Virus record (IMG/VR): IMGVR_UViG_3300044639_001144
Source of the DNA: a virus
Reading direction: 5' to 3' (one strand)
DNA: 64,000 nucleotides
In this document: in pieces, positions 9,562-19,085 of the stretch
Layout of the letters: the number at the start of each line of letters is the position of its first letter
Numbering within the stretch: position 1 is the stretch's first letter
Program-made: the position numbers and the translations under genes
The notes under the pieces: model-generated
The model's input: the letters and a program-made list of their open reading frames with translations, nothing else
Databases searched by the model: none
What the model was told of the DNA's origin: nothing

Positions 9562-10062
9562 CTATTTGTCTTTTTGTGAGCCAGCATCTAGCAAGCGTTG
9601 AAGAAGATCATTACGCGATAATACTTGACCTTGTGCAGTTGGAATGTTACTTAACTCACCAGATTTTTTAGTTGCATCTTGATCCAACTTTAGTTTTCTA
9701 AGCTGTAGATCAATCATTTTTAATTTTTTGTTTAATTTGGTTGTTTTAGCTGTTAAAGCATGACTTAGCATTGTACTAGCAACAGCAAACAATTCAGCTG
9801 AATATCTACTGTCCACATTAAACGCAAGATCACTTAGATCCTGATAACTTTGTTTAGCAAGATCAGACAGTTCATCTAATTCTTTATCTGATGCAGCTAA
9901 ATCTCTAATAGCCGGCAACGCATCGTCAATTTTATCAAGCGTTTCATCAATGTGTACTATAGCATGTCGCGTTTCTTCTGCTGTCATATTTTCAACAACA
10001 GGCGGATCTTGAGCATCGTCAAGTTGGTCAAATCCAAAAACTTCTTCTAATCGTTTAGTCAT
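9562..10062 (-). CDS. terS: Probable terminase small subunit (T4 gp16-like)
   Basis: 166 aa, helical; LAFNVDSRYSAELFAVASTML and VLSRNDLLQRL resemble the gp16 central and C-terminal segments; next to the gp4-like gene. Confidence 0.6.
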   Translation of the reverse strand: MTKRLEEVFGFDQLDDAQDPPVVENMTAEETRHAIVHIDETLDKIDDALPAIRDLAASDKELDELSDLAKQSYQDLSDLAFNVDSRYSAELFAVASTMLSHALTAKTTKLNKKLKMIDLQLRKLKLDQDATKKSGELSNIPTAQGQVLSRNDLLQRLLDAGSQKDK

Positions 10063-10094
10063 ACTGTTATTTACAGTATTTTGGAGGATAGCAA

Positions 10095-10529
10095 TTACTT
10101 CTTGCGTCCTTGCGAGAATATATCAGATTCTGTGATTACACGAAAACTTAGGCCATTTTGTCTGGCCCATTTTTGAGCTGCTGACCATTTAGAATAGTTT
10201 ACTGCTACAATAGCACGTTGGCTATCTTTCATAGTTGATTCGACTACGCTTTGATTACGTGGTTTTATTTCTATTAATTCAGCTTTAGTAGTATTGTTTG
10301 GGCCACGATATACCACAATGAAATCAGGCACATACATGGTCATTTTGCCTGTAAGAGGATGTCGGTAAGGAATTCTAACAGGTTCACTAGCCCAATTTAT
10401 TACATTATCATTATTATCACAGAAATGCATGAAAGTCATTTCCCATCCACTGCGATATCTAGGTTTGCCTTTGCCTACATATTTGTGTGCGTTGTTTACT
10501 TCGTATAAACCTTGACGGAAACTTGACAT
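10095..10529 (-). CDS. Head completion protein (T4 gp4-like, TnsA-type PD-(D/E)xK nuclease fold)
   Basis: YRSGWE..FM.FCD, WASEP.RIPY, YVPDF, LIEIKP, FRVITESDIF. Confidence 0.9.
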   Translation of the reverse strand: MSSFRQGLYEVNNAHKYVGKGKPRYRSGWEMTFMHFCDNNDNVINWASEPVRIPYRHPLTGKMTMYVPDFIVVYRGPNNTTKAELIEIKPRNQSVVESTMKDSQRAIVAVNYSKWSAAQKWARQNGLSFRVITESDIFSQGRKK

Positions 10530-10531
10530 AA

Positions 10532-10891
10532 TTATTGTTTAATATTATGTGCAATATAATAATTAGGTGTTACAGGAGATTGTATACCCAACATTGTTGA
10601 CGGACTTTGGAATGTGTTTAAATAAAAAGCAAAATTTAATGTAATTTGAGGGCCAGTCATGCCTTCTATGCCTTGTAATAGTTGCATAACTGGAATGCCA
10701 GATGCTGCTGCTATACGAAACATAGTAGTGGTAAAATTATTGGCCTGTGCTGTTGTGCCAAAAACTGACATCAAATAACTACGAACTACATCGTATTCTT
10801 GTGCCGGCACTGATTGTTGAAAATTATAGAATCTATCAAAAATTTGTACTGTTAAATCGATGTTGGGATTAGTAGAATTAATGTTGGCCAT
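10532..10891 (-). CDS. Hypothetical structural protein (119 aa)
   Basis: Co-oriented within the tail operon with tight spacing. Confidence 0.65.
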   Translation of the reverse strand: MANINSTNPNIDLTVQIFDRFYNFQQSVPAQEYDVVRSYLMSVFGTTAQANNFTTTMFRIAAASGIPVMQLLQGIEGMTGPQITLNFAFYLNTFQSPSTMLGIQSPVTPNYYIAHNIKQ

Positions 10892-10903
10892 AATTTTATC
10901 TTA

Positions 10904-12196
10904 TTAAAAATCTTTGTTTTCTTCTTCGTCCCTAAATGCTGCATTTTGAGCATTTACACGGGCTGCTGCTGCTTGTGCTTGTTCACTAGTCAACGTACCA
11001 TTTGCTAATGCTTCGCCGACTGTACCAGGCGCATTAGCATTATTATATCCAGCTGCCCTAGGAAATGCCATTCCGTTGCCGGAATTAACTGCTCCGCGAG
11101 TGGCATTTGGTGTACTATTTAATGCGGCTTGTGTAGCAGATTTTTGTAATGCAGGTTGTACCTGTTCAATTAAATCTTGATTTTCAAATGTGTTGATAGT
11201 GGTCATAGGTCGCTGAACCCCGCCTATTACGTTTTGCAATCCGCCTTGACCTGAAGTAAGTGCTTGTAAATCTTGTATGGAACCTTCTACAGCTGGTTTA
11301 ATGCCAGTTTGACCAAATACAGAATTAGTTGCGCCCGGGCGACTAATGCTCGATGGTTCGATATCATAGTGTGCAGGATCAGCGAACCCTTTAACTGATG
11401 ACGATGGTTGAGCTCCGCCTACGGCTCCGGAATAGTATTTTACAGTTTCATATTCAACAGTAACATCATCTTTCATGGTACCGGCGCCATCGGAATAATC
11501 GAAACTATCACCATTCCATGATGAAATAATGGGATTAACTAACACCCATGCGGCAAATTTCTTTTGACTCAATGCATATATAGTAATATCTCTAAAAAAA
11601 GGTGGTTTACCATTAGAATTAGTAGCAGAGTTAGCACCGTCTGCATAACTTTCGCCTATAAAACCCCAATCGGAAGTTTGAAAAGATTGATTATAAATGT
11701 CTGAAACATTATAATTAAATCCGTTACTTTTGCCTTCAGTCAACCCCAATGTACCGCTTTGATTAGCTATATTATCGTATTTTTGTGTTGGATCTTTATA
11801 GTAATATGTAAGATAGTTATACCACAGATTACGAATTACATCAGCTTGATCATCATGTAATGTAAATCTGCATGGTTCATAATTAAGTTTAGTTTGTACA
11901 ACACGTTTACGATTGTACTGATTCATTACTGTAGTATTAATTTTATATTTAGGCAAATCGATGCTTTTAACCATCAACCCGAGAGTTTCTACAGTACCAC
12001 TTCCGTAAGCGGCTTGTAATTGCGGAATTTGCCCTGTGTTAATATTGAAATAAACATGATATAAAAACTTTAACCGCGGAGTAAGTTGAAACCCGTTGGT
12101 TAAGAAAGTTCTGGAAGCATGTGTGTAGTCTTTTAATAGAGTACCTACAGCAGGTTGCTGTAGGTCTCCGCCTTGGCCTTGATAGCCGGTACCCAT
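10904..12196 (-). CDS. Tail tube-like / baseplate-tube initiator protein (gp19/gp48/gp54 superfamily)
   Basis: PRLKFLYHVYF, VKSIDLPKY, NQYNRKRVVQTKLNYEP, TLHDD and TVEYE parallel the tube fold; directly downstream of the tube gene. Confidence 0.7.
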   Translation of the reverse strand: MGTGYQGQGGDLQQPAVGTLLKDYTHASRTFLTNGFQLTPRLKFLYHVYFNINTGQIPQLQAAYGSGTVETLGLMVKSIDLPKYKINTTVMNQYNRKRVVQTKLNYEPCRFTLHDDQADVIRNLWYNYLTYYYKDPTQKYDNIANQSGTLGLTEGKSNGFNYNVSDIYNQSFQTSDWGFIGESYADGANSATNSNGKPPFFRDITIYALSQKKFAAWVLVNPIISSWNGDSFDYSDGAGTMKDDVTVEYETVKYYSGAVGGAQPSSSVKGFADPAHYDIEPSSISRPGATNSVFGQTGIKPAVEGSIQDLQALTSGQGGLQNVIGGVQRPMTTINTFENQDLIEQVQPALQKSATQAALNSTPNATRGAVNSGNGMAFPRAAGYNNANAPGTVGEALANGTLTSEQAQAAAARVNAQNAAFRDEEENKDF

Positions 12197-12200
12197 TTAA

Positions 12201-12854
12201 TTACTGACCTAATATTGTTGCTGGAGCAGTAGCAAGGCTTCCAAATGCACGACCAATCTCTTGACCAACGCCTACTGGTACTCCAGATTGTGCATTAACC
12301 TGAATAGCATTATCATATGTAATCGCCATTGTAATTTTAACAGCTTCTGATGTATTATAATCCATTGAGTTATAGTTTACATCTTTTAAATAGCAACCTA
12401 AGATATTCCATTGCTCTAATACAACAGCTTCTTGTATACCATTGCCGCCATCTAATACTTGTAATGTAACAGTAAATTTATACGTATTAGCAGCAGTTGC
12501 AGAACTTTGTTCCAAAAAGTCTAATTGCTTTTGTAATTGCTCGCCAACTAAACGGCTTACATTACCAACAGCATCATCGCGCAAATCGCAAGTAACATCT
12601 TGCCAGCTGTGTTTTCCAGCAATTTTAACAGTACTGTTATAAATTGGCAGTTTAATTTCCTCAAATTGAACATGAGGACGATCAAACTTCATAACTTGTT
12701 TAGTTAATTCCGTGGTAGGAGTACTAACACCAAAGTTATTAAAGAAAACACGATAACGATATGCCAGCTTAGGCATTAAAAGGCCTTGTGTCGATGGACT
12801 TTGACCGTTTATTCCTAGAGGAACTGTCATGTTAGTTAGTGATGATGTTGCCAT
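12201..12854 (-). CDS. Tail tube protein (T4 gp19-like)
   Basis: PKLAYRYRVFF, KIAGKHSWQDVTCDLRDD, EQWNILGCYL, MDYNTSEAVKITMAITYDNA; follows the sheath gene. Confidence 0.9.
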   Translation of the reverse strand: MATSSLTNMTVPLGINGQSPSTQGLLMPKLAYRYRVFFNNFGVSTPTTELTKQVMKFDRPHVQFEEIKLPIYNSTVKIAGKHSWQDVTCDLRDDAVGNVSRLVGEQLQKQLDFLEQSSATAANTYKFTVTLQVLDGGNGIQEAVVLEQWNILGCYLKDVNYNSMDYNTSEAVKITMAITYDNAIQVNAQSGVPVGVGQEIGRAFGSLATAPATILGQ

Positions 12855-12875
12855 TTGTTAATCTCCGATATACTT

Positions 12876-12882
12876 TATTTAG
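12876..12882 (-). promoter_or_regulatory. Late promoter (CTAAATA) for the tube gene
   Basis: Box followed by a GGAG SD and the ATG at 12854. Confidence 0.65.
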
Positions 12883-12889
12883 TTAAATG

Positions 12890-12913
12890 AATTGGGTAGT
12901 TTCCTACCCAATT
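12890..12913 (-). terminator. Hairpin after the tail sheath gene (terminator or processing site)
   Basis: 10-bp stem AATTGGGTAG/CTACCCAATT with a GAAA loop on the minus strand; weak U-tract. Confidence 0.6.
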
Positions 12914-12916
12914 TAT

Positions 12917-15900
12917 TTAGGCTACTGCCTGTGCTGCAATCGATCCAGTATTTTCAATACGTAATGGAATGTAAATAAATTCCACTGCCTTAACTGGTTC
13001 AATAGCAATATCAACCCATAATTGATTTTGATCAATCGTTGTAGGTGTATTATTAGTTGTATCACATACCACTAGATAGTCGTAAACACCACGTTTAGCC
13101 ACTAAATCAATTAGTAAACTTGTAATTGTGTTGCTAATTTCAGTACGTGTGATTTGATCATTTGGTTCAAACAAATATTGTTTACCAATTGTCTCAAGTC
13201 TGGCACGCATATAGCAAACTAAACGAGCTACGTTGATACGATCTAATGCTGATGATGTACCTTGTAATGTTTTATTACCAAAGTTAGTAATACCAACACC
13301 AGGAATAAAGGTAATTGGATTAACTTGATTTTGATATAATACATCACGTAGTGCTTGACTTACACCCAGTGTTGTAAATGCCCCGGTAATAGACTCTATA
13401 TAACCTAATTGGAATGCATTATCAACTAGACCACGTCTTGTACCTGCCGGAGCTAACCATGGATAAGCAATTTCATCGTTACGTATAATTGTACGAACCA
13501 TCATATGGCTTGGATATGTAACAACAGTATTACCACTTAAATCAGTTGTTTGGCAACTTGGATAAAATGCCGCTGCATAACTATCGCCTGCTGCTAAATT
13601 ACCGTCAGCAGTTGGTAATCCTAATCCGTTATTATTAGTTGCCCATGCAGCAACATCAGCGGGTGATAAACGCAATGGAGTATCAATAATACTAAATGCT
13701 ACGTTGTTAATTTCATTGTTTAATGCTACCATGTTAGTAGATAGTTCCGGATATCCAGGAACTGCTATTAAGTTAAACGCATTTTGTTCTTCACGAATAG
13801 ACGAATTAGTATCTATTGCGTTCTTCAAAGCACTAACAATAATCTTACGTTGAGCTTGACGACCCATATATGGCGAACCATCCGGACGAACACCAGCAGC
13901 CGATAACCATGTGTTAGTTACTGACTGAAGTGACCAAAAAGATGGACTTGCATCTGGAATATCGTCAGTACTGTTAGCAATACACGCATACACAAGACTA
14001 TCGTATTGTACGTATTCACCAACTGTATATGTTGTAGTAGATGCCCACTCATATGTAGGAAAACTATTATTATTAAAATAGTTTGATTGATAAGTCTTAA
14101 CGTTAAATCCTGAACGGCGTGTATTCCATAACAATAGACCTGCTGGATACAATTCAGCGGTAGGAGCATCTGGATCTAAATAGTTGCTAGTTAACAAACT
14201 TTGAATTGTTGGTAACGCGGCGCTTACTGGATCTGTTATTCCATTAGGAGCCCAACGAGCATCCTGAAATAGGATACCATTAGATTGTGTAGAATCTGTA
14301 TTAACAATTTCTACCCACTGATCTACACCATTAACATTTTGCCAACGATATAACAACGGATAATTTTCTAAATCACTTGTGTTGACCCATAAATCACCGT
14401 ACGCTAATGGACTAGCTGCTGTATTAGTTTGTGTAGTAGGTGCAGTTGCACTAATGATAGGCCCAGTAGCATTACACAATGTTAAATTATATCCACGAGA
14501 ATCAGAGGTTACAGTTTGATATCCTACCCATTCACCGTTCTGTTGAATCATAATATCAGCTTGAGTTGGGTCACTGTAATACCAATATGTACCGTCTGTT
14601 GGATTTTGATCAGGTGCTGTACTAGATGCAGTATATGTAAATGTTGGGCTAGATACCCAATTGCTTAATGTGATACCTGATGCTACACCCGCTACGTAAT
14701 TTTGGAAACATAAGAAAGTGCTAGTTGTAAATCCTGCTGCTGTAACTGGAGTTCCAGTAACGTTTGTCAGGATAATATTACCACCTGCGCTGTGTGTGAA
14801 CACAATTGCACCGTTGCTGTCAATGGAAGCACTAACATATGGCACGTCAGCTGAACTTACAGCAGCAATAAAGCTACTAGGTGTAGTTCCTGTAAGGGTT
14901 ACAGTAGCAGATGTAAGTGTTTCTGTTCCCGGCTGTGTTGCTGAAATAGTAAATTCATTACCATTAGTGAATGTTTGATTTACTGTATCACCAGTAACAA
15001 TCGTTGGACCAGTTACATAACGCTTATAAATTGTAAATCCAGCAGTACTATTATTAAATGGAATAGCCTTTGCAAACAATGCGCCAGCTGGAATATTTTC
15101 GCCGCCACCCGATGGATCTAAGCCATAAATTGCTGCGCTATAACCTGTGTAAACAGGAGTATTATTAATTACATATACTCCCAACGCCGAATTATATGAC
15201 TTCATTACAATATTAACACCAAGGTTAATATTATTTGTTTTTTGCCAAATAGAACCAGTTACTCCAATAGCAGTTGACCCGCCTTGGCTCCAAGTCGGTA
15301 CTTGATAGCTAGGAGTTGCTTGATATCGTGGGCATGTATAGGTTTTTGCAGTAATTCCTAATGTAGTAAGGACTGTTCCTGTACCAGCTGCCACTACAAC
15401 AGTTCCGGTTGGTGTACCAACTGTACCACCGTCAACATATGCAGCGACTTCAGTAGAAGCATACGATACTGATGTTGTAGTACAGGCTGTGACAACATAA
15501 GTTCCATTATATTCAACTGGATCAATGTTACTAACTGAAATTGAACTGCCAACAGTAAATGGAGCTGATGCTTGGCTAGCAAATGTTAATGTTGCAGCAG
15601 TACCACTACCAGACGCGCCAGTTACTGCAATTGTGACACCAGTAGCATCATGATCAGCGTATAAATTAAGTGCACCGCCCATATTAGCAGCATAAACACC
15701 AGTTAACCCAGCCGAAGTAATAGCATCAACAATGCCTGTTACTGTATTATTTGGACTAGCCGGAACAGTAATTGTTGTTCCATTAATTATGAATGTATTA
15801 GCAGCAGTTAAGCTAGTTGGAGTATTAGTACCTTGCACTGTCGCCCAAGCTGATTGCCATTCTGTACTACCAACGAGTGCCCATGTGTTATACAAACCAG

Positions 15901-16552
15901 TAATTCTTGTGTCATCTGACTGAGTTGTTGTTGGTCCGCCACGCTTAAAATAGATAGGATTTGTAGTGTATGTAGCTGTCACTGCGTAATTACCAATACT
16001 ACCATAACTTTGTAAAGGTATAGAAGAACCTGAATTCAAATAATCAGTACTAGTAATTACTAAAGGAATTTGATTAGTAAACGCCGAAGTAGTTTGATTC
16101 CACTGATAAATGCCCCATGTGCTATTAACTGTGTCTAACCAGTATGTGCCATTATCTGGATCGCCAACTGGACGAGTTAAGCTAGCCGAAAGAGCAGCTA
16201 GGTCAATGTTAGCACGTAATACATAACATTGATTAGTTACGCCTAGTGCCGAATAAGCAGCAAGAAGACCATATTCGTTAAGTTCATATCCGTTGATCGG
16301 AGTGCCATTAGTTGTTTGATAAAAGAATGGTACGCCATAATTGGCAGATAACGCACGTTGGCTTGTTGCCAAGAATAATTTATCAGCATTAACAGCCAAT
16401 GTACCAGAAGCAATGCCTGCACCATCTGCTGACAGTTTGTTCGAAGCCGTTGCGATAACTAAGAGAGGAACCGAGTTAGTAGCAGCTGGAAGATATTGAC
16501 TTTGATCAACTACCGTAACTTGTACGCCTGGGGATACTAATGTGCTAGACAT
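12917..16552 (-). CDS. Tail sheath protein (T4 gp18-like) with large insertions
   Basis: N-terminal LVSPGVQVTVVDQSQY; C-terminal PWLAPAGTRRG, LYQNQVNPI, FGNKT, LDRINVARL, LFEPND, VVCDTTNNTP, IEPVKAVEFIYI. Confidence 0.96.
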   Translation of the reverse strand: MSSTLVSPGVQVTVVDQSQYLPAATNSVPLLVIATASNKLSADGAGIASGTLAVNADKLFLATSQRALSANYGVPFFYQTTNGTPINGYELNEYGLLAAYSALGVTNQCYVLRANIDLAALSASLTRPVGDPDNGTYWLDTVNSTWGIYQWNQTTSAFTNQIPLVITSTDYLNSGSSIPLQSYGSIGNYAVTATYTTNPIYFKRGGPTTTQSDDTRITGLYNTWALVGSTEWQSAWATVQGTNTPTSLTAANTFIINGTTITVPASPNNTVTGIVDAITSAGLTGVYAANMGGALNLYADHDATGVTIAVTGASGSGTAATLTFASQASAPFTVGSSISVSNIDPVEYNGTYVVTACTTTSVSYASTEVAAYVDGGTVGTPTGTVVVAAGTGTVLTTLGITAKTYTCPRYQATPSYQVPTWSQGGSTAIGVTGSIWQKTNNINLGVNIVMKSYNSALGVYVINNTPVYTGYSAAIYGLDPSGGGENIPAGALFAKAIPFNNSTAGFTIYKRYVTGPTIVTGDTVNQTFTNGNEFTISATQPGTETLTSATVTLTGTTPSSFIAAVSSADVPYVSASIDSNGAIVFTHSAGGNIILTNVTGTPVTAAGFTTSTFLCFQNYVAGVASGITLSNWVSSPTFTYTASSTAPDQNPTDGTYWYYSDPTQADIMIQQNGEWVGYQTVTSDSRGYNLTLCNATGPIISATAPTTQTNTAASPLAYGDLWVNTSDLENYPLLYRWQNVNGVDQWVEIVNTDSTQSNGILFQDARWAPNGITDPVSAALPTIQSLLTSNYLDPDAPTAELYPAGLLLWNTRRSGFNVKTYQSNYFNNNSFPTYEWASTTTYTVGEYVQYDSLVYACIANSTDDIPDASPSFWSLQSVTNTWLSAAGVRPDGSPYMGRQAQRKIIVSALKNAIDTNSSIREEQNAFNLIAVPGYPELSTNMVALNNEINNVAFSIIDTPLRLSPADVAAWATNNNGLGLPTADGNLAAGDSYAAAFYPSCQTTDLSGNTVVTYPSHMMVRTIIRNDEIAYPWLAPAGTRRGLVDNAFQLGYIESITGAFTTLGVSQALRDVLYQNQVNPITFIPGVGITNFGNKTLQGTSSALDRINVARLVCYMRARLETIGKQYLFEPNDQITRTEISNTITSLLIDLVAKRGVYDYLVVCDTTNNTPTTIDQNQLWVDIAIEPVKAVEFIYIPLRIENTGSIAAQAVA

Positions 16553-16579
16553 AATTTAAATCCTTATAATAATATACAA

Positions 16580-16646
16580 TATTTAGTAAATTATTGAAAA
16601 AGACCCCAACAACGGCTCCCTACTGGATAGGGTTTGGTAATAAATA
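16580..16646. promoter_or_regulatory. Divergent late promoters (CTAAATA minus 16580-16586; ATAAATA plus 16640-16646)
   Basis: Boxes upstream of the sheath ATG and 5 nt upstream of the ATG at 16652. Confidence 0.65.
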
Positions 16647-16651
16647 ACTAC

Positions 16652-16999
16652 ATGCGTCCTATATGTTCCTCTTGTAATCAGCGTCCTAGAGCGGTAGCTT
16701 ACCATAGACCCAATGGTAATATACAATATCGTAGTCGTTGCGAGTACTGTATAAAGCGAGGACGAAAGAAAAAACCACAAGAACCAAGGTGGGCTACCTC
16801 GGGATATAAAAAGAAAACAGTTTGTGATCGATGTGGATTTAGATCGAGATGGGCCGCACAGCTTTTAGTGGTTCATATAGATGGAAATCTAAATAACAAT
16901 GTAGCACAAAATCTTAAAACAATTTGTCAAAATTGCGTAGTGGATGTAGCTAAGTCTGATTTACCTTGGAAGCAAGGTGATCTTGAACCAGATCATTGA
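16652..16999 (+). CDS. Zn-binding HNH-like protein (active site possibly degenerate)
   Basis: Four CxxC pairs; CDRCGF...LLVVHIDGNLNNN...NLKTICQNC. Start moved to ATG 16652, which lies 5 nt after the ATAAATA box. Confidence 0.75.
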   Translation: MRPICSSCNQRPRAVAYHRPNGNIQYRSRCEYCIKRGRKKKPQEPRWATSGYKKKTVCDRCGFRSRWAAQLLVVHIDGNLNNNVAQNLKTICQNCVVDVAKSDLPWKQGDLEPDH

Positions 17000-17643
17000 G
17001 AATTTTTAATACCCAGCACTAAAGAGTCAACTTGAGCATATAGCTCATCCATTGTGCCGTTATTGTCTAGTACATGATTGAATTCTGTTCCCGCCCAGGC
17101 AGTTTCGCTGGCATGTACTTTATAAGTATCTAGTACTGATTTATTACTAGCCCAACTTAAATTCTGCGTAGGGCCACCATTTACTACTTCTGCTGCATGA
17201 AACCACTCTGGATCAGGACCTCGCTTGGTTCTAATGGCTAACCCTCCAGAAGATCTAATTGCTGTAAGTTCGTTGGGAAAACGACAATCTGAAATTACCA
17301 CATTATCTTTAAGATTTCGTATTTTATTTTCAATACTGGCAATCCAAATATCATCATGGAAGCCCTTACGCATTACTTCAGTACCCCAGTATTGTAATAT
17401 CCAGCGTGGAGTTAAGTGAGGCATGTGCAACCGTTCTGCCCACCATAGATCTACTTGCTCACGCCATTCCCTCGACGCTTTAGTACGACCTTCTAACAGT
17501 ACTCTATCCCAACCAAATACTGCTGATACTGCGTCCTTAAGAGTTCCTGCAAAACTTTCTCTACGAAACCCATGCACATTCACTAGATAATCAGCTACAG
17601 TATCTTTGCCGCTGCCTATTAATCCTGAAATTCCAATAATCAT
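16993..17643 (-). CDS. Deoxynucleoside monophosphate kinase (T4 gp1-like)
   Basis: MIIGISGLIGSGKDT P-loop, SFAGTLKD, TPRWILQYWGTE, ISDCRFPNE, HASE. Start at 17643 gives an ATGA overlap with the GNAT gene. Confidence 0.93.
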   Translation of the reverse strand: MIIGISGLIGSGKDTVADYLVNVHGFRRESFAGTLKDAVSAVFGWDRVLLEGRTKASREWREQVDLWWAERLHMPHLTPRWILQYWGTEVMRKGFHDDIWIASIENKIRNLKDNVVISDCRFPNELTAIRSSGGLAIRTKRGPDPEWFHAAEVVNGGPTQNLSWASNKSVLDTYKVHASETAWAGTEFNHVLDNNGTMDELYAQVDSLVLGIKNSQ

Positions 17644-18116
17644 ATGTTGTCCTTTAGTATGGATGATGACATTAAGTACCACCCTGGGCGGTAAGATCCT
17701 AACTGTATAAATCCTAAATCTGTATAAAATTTAGGAATTTCTGTTGTAATTATAATTGTTCTATCACGACTGCTAGCAAATTCTACTGCTTTTGCAGTTA
17801 TTTGTTTACCGAGACCTTGATTTCTATAATCAGGATCAACACATACCCAAGTCAAATCGTAAAAGTATTGTAAACTTGACTCGCTAACTATACCGAACCC
17901 AACTATCTTTTCTTGATCTTTTGCCAGTATGTAAAACTTGGGGTTCTCAATTAGATTAATTAGATATGTTATTTTCTCTATTTCAATCAAATGTTCTACA
18001 TTTTTAGATATTAGAGAAGGCATTTCCCCAGCAGATTTGTATAAGAATGAACGTTTCAACAGTTCACTTACACTACTTTGATTAGTTAGTTCATTGACAA
18101 TTTCTATAGAAATCAT
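17640..18116 (-). CDS. GNAT-family N-acetyltransferase
   Basis: Acetyl-CoA motif VCVDPDYRNQGLGKQI and FYTDLGF. Confidence 0.88.
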   Translation of the reverse strand: MISIEIVNELTNQSSVSELLKRSFLYKSAGEMPSLISKNVEHLIEIEKITYLINLIENPKFYILAKDQEKIVGFGIVSESSLQYFYDLTWVCVDPDYRNQGLGKQITAKAVEFASSRDRTIIITTEIPKFYTDLGFIQLGSYRPGWYLMSSSILKDNI

Positions 18117-18502
18117 TCTGAAATAGTTACCCTAGATCTTGCATTAATTTCCGTGAATATAACATCTTTAATTGTTGGTAATGCTTGTTTAGGCTGTGTT
18201 TTTAACCATTTTTCATAATCCCAATGTGAATTAAATCCGCGTATGATTGCTGCTCGTTCGACATATTGTGTAGATGTTAATCCTAACTTCCTAGCTGTAG
18301 AAGTCAACGCAGGTTCATCATTATAGTATTTTTGATTGTGGTGCTTACGACATAATCTGTTGTATAATGGCCCGTTAGTTTTTTTAGATATAGTGCAAAT
18401 AACTTTTGGCTCAGAGCAGCCTTCATGCTCACATTTGGGCCTAAAACTCTTTTCAGGAACATATGGGTTATATTTTGGGCTGGTAGATTTAAGATTAATC
18501 AT
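18113..18502 (-). CDS. Hypothetical protein with a putative Zn finger
   Basis: CEHEGC...LCRKHH; ATGA overlaps on both sides. Confidence 0.65.
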   Translation of the reverse strand: MINLKSTSPKYNPYVPEKSFRPKCEHEGCSEPKVICTISKKTNGPLYNRLCRKHHNQKYYNDEPALTSTARKLGLTSTQYVERAAIIRGFNSHWDYEKWLKTQPKQALPTIKDVIFTEINARSRVTISE

Positions 18503-19026
18503 CTAATTTCTGTTATATTCAAATGTTTAAAGGTGGCTTGCAGCATGTCAATTTGACGTTTACAATCTTCCAATGCATGATGACTAGTAAGTGGTTTTGG
18601 CAAACCAGGATAAAGTGAATAGATAGATCTAGCATCACGTATTTTATAATATTGCCACGGTTGTTTTTTGTCTTTAGAACGATAAGCATGTTCTAAAATA
18701 TTAATATCATAAGTTGGGCCATTTGCCCAAATAAAATCATGTTGCCATGAAATTTTATAAAGTCCATCTAGAGCATCTTCTAAAGAAATACGATTATTTT
18801 CGTTAAATGCTTCTTCCTGTGCTTCTTTTTGTGTTGCCCACCATGCAATTGTTTCGTCATTTATTGCACGATCTTCTTGACTTTCTAATGTTACTCGAGC
18901 ATAAAAGAATCTATTATCGTAGTAACCAGTGTCAAAGGGATTAAATGACTGTGCAGCAATAGTCAAAATAGTAGCATCTGGCGTTGTAGCCAGGCCTTCG
19001 ATATCCACCATAAGATGACTTGACAT
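18499..19026 (-). CDS. DEDD-family 3'-5' exonuclease (T4 DexA / Rv2179c-like)
   Basis: HLMVDIEGLAT, WANGPTYDINILE, PWQYYKIRD, HHALEDC. Confidence 0.88.
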   Translation of the reverse strand: MSSHLMVDIEGLATTPDATILTIAAQSFNPFDTGYYDNRFFYARVTLESQEDRAINDETIAWWATQKEAQEEAFNENNRISLEDALDGLYKISWQHDFIWANGPTYDINILEHAYRSKDKKQPWQYYKIRDARSIYSLYPGLPKPLTSHHALEDCKRQIDMLQATFKHLNITEIR

Positions 19027-19029
19027 TTA

Positions 19030-19050
19030 TTAGTATCTCGTATTGTTCAT
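19030..19050 (-). CDS. Leaderless 6-codon upstream ORF (MNNTRY) in frame with the exonuclease
   Basis: ATG AAC AAT ACG AGA TAC TAA TAA ATG; the first ATG is 6 nt after TATAAT. Confidence 0.4.
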   Translation of the reverse strand: MNNTRY

Positions 19051-19056
19051 AACACT

Positions 19057-19085
19057 ATTATAGCAGAGTAGCACAGGTTAGTCAA
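19057..19085 (-). promoter_or_regulatory. Host sigma70-type (early) promoter
   Basis: TTGACT-17 nt-TATAAT. Confidence 0.8.

Noticed and set aside
10095-10529. Tn7 TnsA transposase or other mobile element
   Set aside because: Motifs and position match the T4 gp4 head completion protein; no other transposon genes or ends were seen.
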